A stretch of DNA of 38,496 nt from a virus. The notes beneath the pieces were generated by a model. The model was not told the origin of the DNA. It saw only the letters and a list, made by a program, of their open reading frames with translations, and searched no databases. The stretch is from IMG/VR virus record IMGVR_UViG_3300020037_002115. One strand, 5' to 3'. Below, piece by piece: positions 6,105 through 15,763 of the stretch. The translations under genes and the position numbers were made by a program. Numbering within the stretch: the first letter of the stretch is position 1; every line of letters begins with the position of its first letter.

Positions 6105-6373
6105 TCCGTTCTACATTGTTTCAAATCAGAACTACAATAATTAAGCTGCGTATTACACCTAACACAATCAACTTCAGCCATCCTAATCTGATTCCAGCTA
6201 GCCACTATCTTATCTAAAACTGGGATGAGTAGGTAAAGGCCAAAGAGACAAATACAGCCAACAGTGCTACCAAGGGCGCGGCTAACGACCATATTGCGGC
6301 TTCTCGAAATGCTATCCAACATTCCGTCTGATTGCGCTTGTGATGTGCTATTCTTCTCATTTTTTTCATCCAT
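6092..6373 (-). CDS. type-II membrane protein with a Cys-rich C-terminal domain (93 aa)
   Basis: A polar N-terminus is followed by TM GCICLFGLYLLIPVL and then a CVRC...C...C..C tail. It is the first gene of the lysis cluster. Confidence 0.5.
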   Translation of the reverse strand: MDEKNEKNSTSQAQSDGMLDSISRSRNMVVSRALGSTVGCICLFGLYLLIPVLDKIVASWNQIRMAEVDCVRCNTQLNYCSSDLKQCRTECGK

Positions 6374-6421
6374 TTATATTCCTAGTCTTTACTTGGCTAG
6401 TGCGGTTAAAATCAATTTAAA

Positions 6422-7045
6422 TTAAGTAAAATATCCGAAAACATCACAAATTGAAGTGGCTGTCCCAGCATAAGCTAACGTCGTTTTCACTGAATATATT
6501 TGCAACAAATCCCCAGCAGCAAACGCCGTTGCTGTAATTGCAGCGTAATTAGTGGCAGGATTAGCAGGAAACGCTAAGCTAATAGACTGCGCTGTACTAA
6601 CTCCATTCTTATAGAGAATAAAATCCAATTGGCCAGCAGTTAAATTACTAACTGAAATAGCTGCCAAGTTTGTAGCAGTAAAAGCCCTAGGAATTAAAAC
6701 GCTAACAATAGCAACAGAAGCCCTATTTGAAGCTGCCGCAGCAGCAGAGCCTCCACCAGCAACTGAGAATGTTTCTAGTAACGCTGGTCTTTTAGTCTGC
6801 CCAAAAGTAGCAGAGTCACTATCAGCAGTCCCATTAGCAACATTTGTATGCTTAAACCCACCCATCGGCATGTTTGCCGTCGGAGCGTTTGCACCATTTT
6901 TGTTAATGCAGTTGTTAATGCCGGTTGCTAAATCATTGTCTTGAGTATCGTGGATCAACGCCTCAATCCCGACATTTGCAGCCGCGTCATTTTGCCATTG
7001 TGAAGCGCCTAATGCGCGTACAAAGCTAGAGCCAGTCCATGCCAT
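6422..7045 (-). CDS. tail fibre / receptor-binding protein candidate (207 aa)
   Basis: The N-terminus (WQNDAAANVGIEALIHDTQDNDLATGINNCINKNG...NMPMGGFKHTNVANGT..DSDSATFGQ) resembles a conserved fibre N-terminal module. Its position after the internal virion proteins matches T7-like order. Confidence 0.5.
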   Translation of the reverse strand: MAWTGSSFVRALGASQWQNDAAANVGIEALIHDTQDNDLATGINNCINKNGANAPTANMPMGGFKHTNVANGTADSDSATFGQTKRPALLETFSVAGGGSAAAAASNRASVAIVSVLIPRAFTATNLAAISVSNLTAGQLDFILYKNGVSTAQSISLAFPANPATNYAAITATAFAAGDLLQIYSVKTTLAYAGTATSICDVFGYFT

Positions 7046-7046
7046 A

Positions 7047-9098
7047 TTAAACCTCTGTAATTTTATTTAAATGTTTCTCTACTGTGTAAGGATACCTCTG
7101 CCCTTCCTCTGGAATTAGATTTTTAATATCACTCCATTTAACAGTTGATTTTGTTTTACCTGCTTCTTTAATTGCTTTGTTAATTACTGTTTCTCCTTGG
7201 TTATAAGCAGCTAGCACTATAAAAGGATCTTCGTACTTAGTTGATAAGTCTTGCAAGAAAGCAGTTCCAGCTTTTACGTTTTGTCTTGGATCTAATCTGT
7301 CTTTTGCGCCGTAAGCATTGCCAATGCGTCTAGTTAATTGCATTAAGCCAAGTGGACCCGTTGGCGATTGCGCCAGAGCATCTCCTGCACTCTCTGTCTT
7401 AATAATCGCCTGAATCAACGGCGGCTGAGCCTTAACAAAATCTGCAACTTTCTTAATGCGCTCAGCTTTAGGTAAGTTGTTTAATTGCGAAGGAATCGGA
7501 GTCAGTTTAGGCTCTGGCTTTTCTGTTGGTTTTATGGCTTGGTTGAATTCAGTTCTGTTCACTGGTTTAGTCTCCTTTTTAGCAATCTGATTAGCCGCTT
7601 GAACTGCTCCAATTACTTCAGGAGTTACTATCTTATTAATGGCATTTGATACTGGAGCTAAAGTTTTACCAAGTCCACGCATTACGCTAGCCGTAACAGC
7701 TTGACCTGTTGGGGTTGTTAAAGCTTTACCTGTCAATCCAATACTTGCGCCAATAATAGATCCAACAGGACCACCCATTATACTACCTGCGATAGTTGGC
7801 GCGCCTATTCCTCCAGTGGTAAATCCAATATTTGCAAGCTTAGCAATTGGATCATCCGTCATTGACTGAACAACGCGACGGTCTAAAATTGGTCTTACTT
7901 CTTGATAAGTTCCACTTTTTTCATTTAATGATTTAACTGTACCTGAATATTCTGGAGGCAGCTTACCTTGAACAACTAAATCATCAACTCCATTTTCGAT
8001 TGCAGTTTTTAAATCTGATGCCACATACTTCGCAAGAGCTTCTTTAGCTGCTCCGCTTTCTCCATAAGTTTTACCGTACAAAGCTCGCTTTTCTCTTTGT
8101 AGCGCATCTAAAGTACCATCCAATATGGTATTGTGAGCTGCTTTAATTTCATTTAACGCTTCATTTAATGCGCCACGCTCTGAGGCTGGTTGGGTCTTGA
8201 TCCAGGATTCCGCTTTTGTGTATTTAGGAATTATAGGGTTAGCAGTATTTACAGAATCAGCAGTTTGTAAAACATTACTTAAATCATTTTCAATCGCGTT
8301 TAAAACATCTGTATTTTTATCTAATAGTTTTACTGGGTTTCTAGTTCCACTAAACCCACCTTCCTGTCTAACCTGCTCAATAGAATTTGCAAGGCTAGTT
8401 GTAGTTTCTCCAGATACCGAATCTTCAAATCCTTTGTATTTAGCTGACTTTGCAAAATCTGCTTGTCTAGCTCCAATCGATTTTCTATTTAAAACTTCAG
8501 CAAGTCGAGGAGCGCCACTAGCCACTCCATTTATAGCACCCTTAGCGGCTCCACCTAAAGCGCCCATAGTAACACCTTGACCTGTCATTTCTGCAAGTTT
8601 ATTTACATCCTGTTGGCCTGTAGTTGGAACATCTGATCCAGTTGCTTGGTTTAAATAATCAAAACCTAGCAATCCCGCGCCCCCTCCAATTGCAGCTCCT
8701 AGTAATGATCCTAATGGAGCGGTTATGGGTGCGGCTGGACCACCTAGTAAACCAAGAGATCCGCCTGTGCTAGCGCCAACTCCAGCGCCAGCTACCCCTG
8801 CGCCTAGTGAACCAACTCCGCGTAATACTTTTTCTGTATTACCGCTTTGAATTGAATCAATTGGGTTAGCAACTGATTCGTAAATATTAGAGACGCCGCT
8901 TGGAATAGACTTGATCGCATTATATGTTGCGCCTGGAGCTTCTACTAATCCCTTACCAAAGGATTGCAATATAGACGGCTGCTGATAAACCTGATCAAAA
9001 ATATCAGGCTCTTTCCCACCAATTTTAATATAAGTTTGCCCACTAGGAACTGAACCCGAAGCAGCACCCCCATATACTTCATCAAATACATCAGCCAT
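7047..9098 (-). CDS. internal virion / ejection protein with a C-terminal lytic transglycosylase (SLT) domain (683 aa)
   Basis: The SLT motifs are IKTESAGD...GLMQLT...AAYNQG. Gly-rich membrane-like segments lie at the N-terminus and in the middle. Confidence 0.8.
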   Translation of the reverse strand: MADVFDEVYGGAASGSVPSGQTYIKIGGKEPDIFDQVYQQPSILQSFGKGLVEAPGATYNAIKSIPSGVSNIYESVANPIDSIQSGNTEKVLRGVGSLGAGVAGAGVGASTGGSLGLLGGPAAPITAPLGSLLGAAIGGGAGLLGFDYLNQATGSDVPTTGQQDVNKLAEMTGQGVTMGALGGAAKGAINGVASGAPRLAEVLNRKSIGARQADFAKSAKYKGFEDSVSGETTTSLANSIEQVRQEGGFSGTRNPVKLLDKNTDVLNAIENDLSNVLQTADSVNTANPIIPKYTKAESWIKTQPASERGALNEALNEIKAAHNTILDGTLDALQREKRALYGKTYGESGAAKEALAKYVASDLKTAIENGVDDLVVQGKLPPEYSGTVKSLNEKSGTYQEVRPILDRRVVQSMTDDPIAKLANIGFTTGGIGAPTIAGSIMGGPVGSIIGASIGLTGKALTTPTGQAVTASVMRGLGKTLAPVSNAINKIVTPEVIGAVQAANQIAKKETKPVNRTEFNQAIKPTEKPEPKLTPIPSQLNNLPKAERIKKVADFVKAQPPLIQAIIKTESAGDALAQSPTGPLGLMQLTRRIGNAYGAKDRLDPRQNVKAGTAFLQDLSTKYEDPFIVLAAYNQGETVINKAIKEAGKTKSTVKWSDIKNLIPEEGQRYPYTVEKHLNKITEV

Positions 9099-10172
9099 TT
9101 AAGGATTCTCCGCTTGATATTGCGCCCAGGCTGCACGAGCTTGCTCTATTGGAATACCATCTCTTTTTGCTTTTTCTGCAAAGGATCTAGCGTCTAGTTT
9201 GGTAGCAGCATCTCCCGTAATGTTTAAATCAGGGTATAATTTCCCAAATGGTTCTGCCTCCCCGTAAGGAACGACTAAACTAGGATTTAAACCACCACTA
9301 GAAGCTCTATCTATAAAGTTAGAACGAAGCGTGTTGTAATTACCTAAACTTGAATCATATGCCCTTTGTGCGATCCTCATCATACCAGCCCTGACTGTAG
9401 GATCGTTTTTAGAATTACCATTTACAATGCTATCAATAAAGGCACTCGAAACACCTAAAGCTGAGGCAGCGTTTTGCAACGACTCTTGATCGTCTTGTCT
9501 AACAGCCAATCCTGGTTCAACCATCTGAGTTACGCGTCTTAACATTTCAAAATCAGAAGTTCCCTTTTTGTCTTTATATGCTTCTGTTAATGCCTTAAGA
9601 GTGTTTTCTTTATATTTATAATCTACAACTACAGGATGCTTGGTAAAATCATTGGTTAAAGCCCTTTCAGCATCAAAAAGCTTACTTGCATCCTCTTTGC
9701 TTTGTAAGCCTAATAGTCTTGGGTCAGTTTGCAGCTTAATTTGATTCTCCAGCGCCCTATTTTCTTTTTCAACTTCAAAAGGTTTTTGAATTTCTAATTG
9801 CCTTCTATTAGCAGCATCTTGAGCCTGCTGCATTAAATCATTAGCACTTAAAGCAGCTTGCAGCCTAGCGAACGTCCTAGGATCTTGCTTTGTTAATGCA
9901 ACTCTTTGTGCTGGATCGGCACTTAAAAAATTAGATTGTTTAGTAGCAATATCCGCATTAATCTCAGCAGCATCATCTTTAGCCATCCTCCCTAATAAAG
10001 CTGCTAATATTGAACCACCAAAAACATTAAGCGCATTGCTGCCAGTTGACCCATAAGGATCAACCAAAGCTGGCAAAGAATTAGCAATAGCTCCCGCGCC
10101 AATCCCCGCATAAGTTTCACCACCTGTATAAAGTGGATCCTGAAGTGCTGCTAGTATGTTTTCGCCTGCCAT
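9099..10172 (-). CDS. internal virion protein candidate (357 aa)
   Basis: The call rests on position between other ejection-protein-like genes. It has a Gly/Ala-rich N-terminus and abuts its neighbours with no gap. Confidence 0.4.
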   Translation of the reverse strand: MAGENILAALQDPLYTGGETYAGIGAGAIANSLPALVDPYGSTGSNALNVFGGSILAALLGRMAKDDAAEINADIATKQSNFLSADPAQRVALTKQDPRTFARLQAALSANDLMQQAQDAANRRQLEIQKPFEVEKENRALENQIKLQTDPRLLGLQSKEDASKLFDAERALTNDFTKHPVVVDYKYKENTLKALTEAYKDKKGTSDFEMLRRVTQMVEPGLAVRQDDQESLQNAASALGVSSAFIDSIVNGNSKNDPTVRAGMMRIAQRAYDSSLGNYNTLRSNFIDRASSGGLNPSLVVPYGEAEPFGKLYPDLNITGDAATKLDARSFAEKAKRDGIPIEQARAAWAQYQAENP

Positions 10173-11282
10173 CTATTTCACCAATCCCGAAGCTATCCCT
10201 GCCCCAATTCCGCTTGCTACCCCTTGCAAAGCTGAATTACCTATACCTGGCTGCTGTTGTCCTCCAGCTAATCCACCTAAAACCATATTGTTATAAAAAG
10301 CATTATTCTGTAATGCCATCTGATCGGCTAAGCTTAAACCTCCGCCGCCTCCTCCCCCGCCCCCTCTGGGCGCATTGTTCTGAAGCTGTAATGCATATTT
10401 TTGCTGAATCGCGGCAAGTTCTTTTGCGTATTCTTGAGCCTGAGCTGAGTTAGCCTGGCTATAGCCTTGTTGCTGTTGACCCATTTGTTGCCCATACTGA
10501 GCCTGCAGATACGGAGATAACATACTTAAATTCTGATAAGGCATTTGATACTGAGTAGCTGCTTGACCAAACTGCTGACCTTGCGCATTAAGGTTATTTC
10601 CAAACCCAGTATTATATTGACCAAACTGTTGCCCTTGAGCTGCTAAATTCTGTCCGTAAGTGTTAGCTTGTTGACCATAAACTTGCTGTTGTGCACCTAA
10701 TCCTGTTTGGTAAGCCGCGTCTTGAGCATTTAATCTTGCTGTATTTTGTGAGTCTTGAATCTGCTTTAATGAGTCTTGATACACCTTGGAGCTTGGGTCC
10801 CAGCCTCTTTCAGCAGCCATTTGCTGAAAGTCTTGGTTCTGTCTATCAAACGCAGATTTACTTGACCTTTCAAATTGATTCAAAGCTGAATCATAAGCAC
10901 CCTGAAACTGTTGCTGAAAATCGCCTGGGTTAAACTGCTGAACTTGTGGCCCTTGGTAGTTAAACCTACTAATTCCCATCGTTTGAGGGTTAAACGCACC
11001 TTGTTTGCTTATCTGACTAAACTGGTCTTGCTGAGCCTGATTACCCTGCTCTATTGTGTCATTGTATTGGCTAGTTTGCTCCTGCGTTGGCCCAGGCGAT
11101 TGGGTAGAACCTGGAGCTTTATACGCTTTAATTGCAGCAATATTAGCCTGTGCCGATTTGTCCCCACGCTTTGCTAAAGTTTCCCATTTGTTAAGCTGCC
11201 TTGCTCTCTGTTTAGCATCTTCACTTACTACAAATTTAGGGTCTGTTCCTAATGCCCCTTTATTCTTATTATTAGTAGCCAT
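10173..11282 (-). CDS. Gln-rich low-complexity virion protein candidate (369 aa)
   Basis: It contains GQQ/AQ repeats and nine consecutive Gly codons (10338-10364). The C-terminus is Gly-zipper-like. Confidence 0.4.
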   Translation of the reverse strand: MATNNKNKGALGTDPKFVVSEDAKQRARQLNKWETLAKRGDKSAQANIAAIKAYKAPGSTQSPGPTQEQTSQYNDTIEQGNQAQQDQFSQISKQGAFNPQTMGISRFNYQGPQVQQFNPGDFQQQFQGAYDSALNQFERSSKSAFDRQNQDFQQMAAERGWDPSSKVYQDSLKQIQDSQNTARLNAQDAAYQTGLGAQQQVYGQQANTYGQNLAAQGQQFGQYNTGFGNNLNAQGQQFGQAATQYQMPYQNLSMLSPYLQAQYGQQMGQQQQGYSQANSAQAQEYAKELAAIQQKYALQLQNNAPRGGGGGGGGGLSLADQMALQNNAFYNNMVLGGLAGGQQQPGIGNSALQGVASGIGAGIASGLVK

Positions 11283-11285
11283 ATT

Positions 11286-12833
11286 TTACCAAGTTCCTTG
11301 TGTATATCTTATATCAAATCCATTAAGCTCTAAAGATGTATTGTTTAAGGCCCCAGCAAACTTAATTGCGGCTGAATAACCTTGCCCTTTGGTTGCGTGT
11401 CTATCGTAAATGTAATCAATCCCAGAACTCCAAGGCGATCCCCAAGGAGATCCCCAAGGTGTATAGAGTCCAACCCCTGGACTAACTGTCGTTGTAGTAG
11501 CAGATTGCTTAAAATCAGTGTCTAGCCCTAGCGCTAAATTAACTCCCCTTGTGGTTTTAATCAGTGGTCTGATATCTCTGTATGCTTTCCAAAGCCCTCT
11601 TTGGCCAAAGAAAGAAAAAGCACCTCTACCAAAAAAGTTAATGTCATCTAAATAATCAACAAAACCAACTTCACCATTATAAACATTAGCGGAAGCGCCT
11701 CCATAGTATAAGCTACCCGCTACGCTCATCACTTTAAGCGCTTTATTGTCATCAATAAATGTGTAAGTAGTCCAAGTTTTACCTACTAAACTAAAAACTA
11801 AAAGCATTGAAGAAAGCTCAGAAAGAGGAATAGTGATATATACTTTTCTTTCTTTAGAATGATAAGTCCCTTTCCACATATGCGAAAAAGGAATAACAGA
11901 AGCATATTGAGTAAATATTGAATTTATTTTCTGTCCTACTGTGTCCAGTGCAACCGAAGGTTCAACAGAAAACAAAGCTGTAATTGGCACAATCCCTTGA
12001 TCTGTTAATATCCAAGTATCATTCTCAACAGAAACAGAAGCTTGATATCCAAGCGGCCTGCCTATCTTAGCTTTTTTAACTAAACTCCAAGGGGTAGTAA
12101 CATCCGCAGGAGATGAGCCTTGATAGAATAATATTTCACCCTCAGAAGATAACGCGTAGAATAAATCTTGAGTGCTTGGTAAATCGTTATTACTAAAACT
12201 ACCGCATGAAACTAAGTAACCACCGCACTTCATTGCAAACTGAAAATCAAAAGAAGAAAGTGCGCTCCCTCCTAATGCTTGGGTATTTCCATACCAAACT
12301 TTTAAAGTTCCTTGCTCAATGAAATAAATTCTTTCTTTATAAGTTGAAACATTAATCAAATCAGATAGCGCTACACCTGTGAAAGTGCTTGCTGCTGCTA
12401 CTCCAGTATTGACAACTTGAACGTCATCAATTCCATTGCATAAATATAAATTGTAACCAAAAGTATCACAGTTAAAAACTGCGCTTCCGTAAGGACCTCC
12501 AATAGAAGAAACCGCGCTTGCCGTAAACTCATATAGAGTTTGATCTATTGCAGTTGCGCCTATAACCCTAGATGTACCGTCTGCTTGAGCAATTCCTTCA
12601 AGAGTTTGAAGATCATACCCCTCTGTATTAAATCCTCTAAAAAGCGTAAACCCCTTACGCACTCTACAGCTAAGCCCATTAGGATCTATATTCTGCAAAG
12701 CAAGCGCATACCCTGACTCCATCTGGTCAATAGGATCAACTAAATTAAGCCCTAAAATCGGAGACGGCAAAGTATAACTATAGCTTTGCTCTACATTCTG
12801 CTGGCTTGATTTAAGCTGATTGAGTCCTGCCAC
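11286..12833 (-). CDS. large tail structural protein, tail tubular B / nozzle-like by position (515 aa)
   Basis: It has a GTG start and a beta-rich sequence. The call rests on position only. Confidence 0.35.
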   Translation of the reverse strand: MAGLNQLKSSQQNVEQSYSYTLPSPILGLNLVDPIDQMESGYALALQNIDPNGLSCRVRKGFTLFRGFNTEGYDLQTLEGIAQADGTSRVIGATAIDQTLYEFTASAVSSIGGPYGSAVFNCDTFGYNLYLCNGIDDVQVVNTGVAAASTFTGVALSDLINVSTYKERIYFIEQGTLKVWYGNTQALGGSALSSFDFQFAMKCGGYLVSCGSFSNNDLPSTQDLFYALSSEGEILFYQGSSPADVTTPWSLVKKAKIGRPLGYQASVSVENDTWILTDQGIVPITALFSVEPSVALDTVGQKINSIFTQYASVIPFSHMWKGTYHSKERKVYITIPLSELSSMLLVFSLVGKTWTTYTFIDDNKALKVMSVAGSLYYGGASANVYNGEVGFVDYLDDINFFGRGAFSFFGQRGLWKAYRDIRPLIKTTRGVNLALGLDTDFKQSATTTTVSPGVGLYTPWGSPWGSPWSSGIDYIYDRHATKGQGYSAAIKFAGALNNTSLELNGFDIRYTQGTW

Positions 12834-12839
12834 AAGGTG

Positions 12840-13112
12840 TTATTTTCCTTGAATATAACTAGGGTTTCTTTGTTGCTGTGTCATGTTATTGACGCTTGGC
12901 TGTTGTCTATAGATTGGTTGCATTTGCCCTTGTGGTGGATACATGAAAGGTTGCTGACCTTGCATTATTGGCATTTGCTGTTGTGGCATCATTCCTTGTG
13001 GCTGCTGAAGCGCAGCGCTTGGAACTTGCGCCATCGTTGGCTGTTCTCTTTTTTGCCAAACTTTCATTTGTGGTTGAGGATCTACACCTAAAGCGCCTGC
13101 TATTGTTTTCAT
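12840..13112 (-). CDS. Gln/Pro/Met-rich small protein (90 aa)
   Basis: The ORF is in the operon orientation and is tightly packed. The composition runs QQPQGMMPQQQMPIMQGQQPFMYPPQGQMQP. Confidence 0.5.
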   Translation of the reverse strand: MKTIAGALGVDPQPQMKVWQKREQPTMAQVPSAALQQPQGMMPQQQMPIMQGQQPFMYPPQGQMQPIYRQQPSVNNMTQQQRNPSYIQGK

Positions 13113-13113
13113 T

Positions 13114-14175
13114 TTACCTACTATTTATTGCTTGAAAAAGTTTATCACCAAATTGACCTGTTTGTTTAATTGTTGCAGCGTTAGGTAGTGTCTGAGTAGT
13201 TGGCCTAGCTACTGCTTGAGCTTGTGGCTTAATAATTGTTGCATAAATCTGCTTAGCTTTATTAGGGTCAGTTATCTCAACTTCGCCTTTCTTAGAATTG
13301 TACAAATTTGCACCAATCAAACCTTGAGTAACTTGTTCTCTCTGGTCTTGGCTTAAATTAGCCCACTCAGGGCCAAAAGTTTTAATGTTGCCATAAACTC
13401 CAGTTAAATCTTTAGGATCTAAACCGGCCGCTTTATACTCTTCAAAAGTTCTATATTTACCGGCAAACGGTTTGCTAGGGTCTGGAGGAGCTGAGTTGTA
13501 TTGCTCTCTCATTCCTTGAACGTAGCTTTGATAGTTTGGATCGTTGGATGCTTTTAGCAATTGGCCTGTGTGCTTCTTGGCAATGTCTCTAGTTGACTCA
13601 TGCTGTCCAAATAAAGACTTAGCTAAACCTAAAGTACCACCAATGATTGCACCTGGAACAGCACCAACACCGCCAAATCCTGAACCAATCGCAGCGCCAC
13701 TTGCAGCGCCTTGTAGTACCCCTCTAGCTGGGCTTACATCGTTAGTTGCTAAATTATAAGCTCCAAAAGCCCCAGCCGCAGGAAGTAGATAATTACCAGC
13801 GCTACCGACACCGGCCATATCAAAAGCCCCAGCCGTTTCAGGGGTTGTTGATACTACCGAACCACTTAATCCAGTTGGTACGCTTGGAGCTGCCCCAGCA
13901 ACTTGACTTGCACCAGTTGCTACATCGCTAACGGTACTAGCAGAGCCTAAAGAATCTAACCCGTTCATTCCGTATTTAATTCCAAGCAACCCAGCAATAG
14001 TTCCCCCCGTAGCCGCTAACTGATTCTGCTGTCTTTTCTTTGAATCAATCGCTGCTTGCTGGGACGTAGTAGGAACCCCCTTTGGATAAACTTGTTTAAA
14101 AGCTTCAGCCGCAGGAACACCACTTTGCAATAATTGCAAATACTTCATTGCTAATGCTTGTCTATCTTCTGCCAT
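13114..14175 (-). CDS. Gly/Ala-rich internal virion protein candidate (353 aa)
   Basis: It has glycine-zipper stretches (GAASGAAIGSGFGGVGAVPGAIIGGTLG). Confidence 0.4.
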   Translation of the reverse strand: MAEDRQALAMKYLQLLQSGVPAAEAFKQVYPKGVPTTSQQAAIDSKKRQQNQLAATGGTIAGLLGIKYGMNGLDSLGSASTVSDVATGASQVAGAAPSVPTGLSGSVVSTTPETAGAFDMAGVGSAGNYLLPAAGAFGAYNLATNDVSPARGVLQGAASGAAIGSGFGGVGAVPGAIIGGTLGLAKSLFGQHESTRDIAKKHTGQLLKASNDPNYQSYVQGMREQYNSAPPDPSKPFAGKYRTFEEYKAAGLDPKDLTGVYGNIKTFGPEWANLSQDQREQVTQGLIGANLYNSKKGEVEITDPNKAKQIYATIIKPQAQAVARPTTQTLPNAATIKQTGQFGDKLFQAINSR

Positions 14176-14182
14176 ACCTCAA

Positions 14183-15046
14183 TTAATAAAAAGGCCCAAA
14201 ACCTTTACCAAATGCTACAACTCCACCTCTTGCCATCTGCAAAATTCCACTTCCCTGGTCGCCTGCATAAATCATCTGACCAGGAACTTTTCTTGCATAA
14301 GCTTCAGCTAAATCAGTTTCGTAACTAATCTCACAAGGTATTCCATGCTGTGCTGCAAATGTTTCTAAAATCCCCTGCTCTAAAACTAATTGAGAAATTA
14401 AAGGTTCATCAGTATCAGCTAAAAAACTTTCATACTTGCCACTGTAATAAGTCCAGCTTACTCCGCCATCTGTATTTGTTCCTGTTGTCCAAGTTGGAGC
14501 AGTAGCACCAGTTGTTCCGCCAGTAGTAGTTACATAGTAATTACCGTTGTAAAAGCAATAACTCCCAGCCGCAAAAACAGTAGCAGTCACCCAGGTTCTA
14601 GGCCTTACATACCTAGCCGACATGTATTCAAATACAGCAATATTTCCAGTCGGTAATCCAGGATAAATATAAAGCTCAGTGTCGGTTATACCACGTAACT
14701 GCATCTGTCCATAAGGATAAGCCACCAATCCATAACCCTGGATTGTAGCATAATCGGATTCTGACAAAGGCCCGAATATTCTCCAACGTGTTGACTGGTT
14801 CCAAAATGAATCAAAATGGTAAGTACTAAGATCCTCAGGCATTGCATAGTATTCGCTCCCGTCCCCGGTTATCGTTCCTTGCCTAAAAAGATGCGGCCAT
14901 TCGTATTCGTAAGCCATCCTTTTAATGATATCATTCGCCATTGAGCGAAGCTGCACCGTTGTCTGGTCAACAGAAGAGACTACAACAGAATCTACTGTGT
15001 AGCCTGCTCTGTTACCGACATTTGTTACAGCTTCTAATAAACTCAA
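14183..15046 (-). CDS. virion structural protein, adaptor / tail tubular A-like by position (287 aa)
   Basis: Position only. It is ATGA-coupled to the upstream gene. Confidence 0.35.
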   Translation of the reverse strand: MSLLEAVTNVGNRAGYTVDSVVVSSVDQTTVQLRSMANDIIKRMAYEYEWPHLFRQGTITGDGSEYYAMPEDLSTYHFDSFWNQSTRWRIFGPLSESDYATIQGYGLVAYPYGQMQLRGITDTELYIYPGLPTGNIAVFEYMSARYVRPRTWVTATVFAAGSYCFYNGNYYVTTTGGTTGATAPTWTTGTNTDGGVSWTYYSGKYESFLADTDEPLISQLVLEQGILETFAAQHGIPCEISYETDLAEAYARKVPGQMIYAGDQGSGILQMARGGVVAFGKGFGPFY

Positions 15047-15648
15047 TTGATACCTCTATCCATTGGGCTACCTGTAGCAGCGTTCCTAACCATCATTTCT
15101 AATTTATCTTCAAGATGTCTTGCGTAAGTCTCAGCTTTTTCAACTCGCTCAGTAAGAGCTGCTACTTGCGCTTGCGTTGACCCCGCAGCATCTAAATGCT
15201 GCTTAGCTTTTTTCGGCCAAGCTTTTAATTCAGTCGGCAATTCTGTGTTGTTATTCCCTACAATATCTGCAAGCTGCTCAACAGTTTGAAACCCTGCTTT
15301 AACTAAAATCTCGTAAATAGCACGAGGTAACACTGACCACTGAGCAAGCGGAGTACCTTTAACGGTTAAAACTTCTCCCTTCTCCCATTGATCATATCTT
15401 GATCTTAATTCGTTTTGAGTTTTTGCAGGTAAGTGATCCCATCTAACTGGAGTTGAATCTCTGCTTCCTGGGTATGAAATTAAAACAATGACTTGTCTTT
15501 TCTTTGGGTAAGTACCGTCTTTATTTAACGGCTGTGTTCTGTCCTCAACCCATTCCCCTTCAAAATCTATATTAGCATTACCAAATTCTGCTCTTTGGTT
15601 GGGGTTGGTTGGTGTGTTGTCAATCGTTACGCCTAATACGCTACTCAT
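15043..15648 (-). CDS. hypothetical structural-module protein (201 aa)
   Basis: SD AGGAGA lies 8 nt upstream of the ATG. It is the first gene after a 115-nt gap. Confidence 0.55.
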   Translation of the reverse strand: MSSVLGVTIDNTPTNPNQRAEFGNANIDFEGEWVEDRTQPLNKDGTYPKKRQVIVLISYPGSRDSTPVRWDHLPAKTQNELRSRYDQWEKGEVLTVKGTPLAQWSVLPRAIYEILVKAGFQTVEQLADIVGNNNTELPTELKAWPKKAKQHLDAAGSTQAQVAALTERVEKAETYARHLEDKLEMMVRNAATGSPMDRGIN

Positions 15649-15763
15649 TGTAGTATTCTCCTAAATAAAGGTTATGCAGCTATGTTAGCCCAAATAGCGC
15701 CCGATTGCCTAGTCTACTAACACTTAGGTTTCTTGCCGCCTTTCTTTTTTGCCATATTAATCC

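Noticed and set aside
8197-8580. Plus-strand ORFs antisense to the late genes (8197-8580, 10133-10453, 10691-10933, 10911-11177, 11056-11379, 12837-13091, 13544-13759, 13746-13931, 17020-17346, 18575-18766, 19650-19922, 20561-20806, 21119-21343, 21963-22163, 22740-22922, 25190-25381, 25912-26151)
   Set aside because: All lie fully inside longer minus-strand genes with recognisable motifs or operon coupling. They lack an SD and have Leu/Ser/Pro-rich shadow-frame composition.
10338-10366. C-rich run (cctccgccgcctcctcccccgcccc) as a structural DNA element or slippage tract
   Set aside because: It is the antisense of nine in-frame Gly codons using mixed GGN codons within a long ORF, so the protein-level explanation is sufficient.
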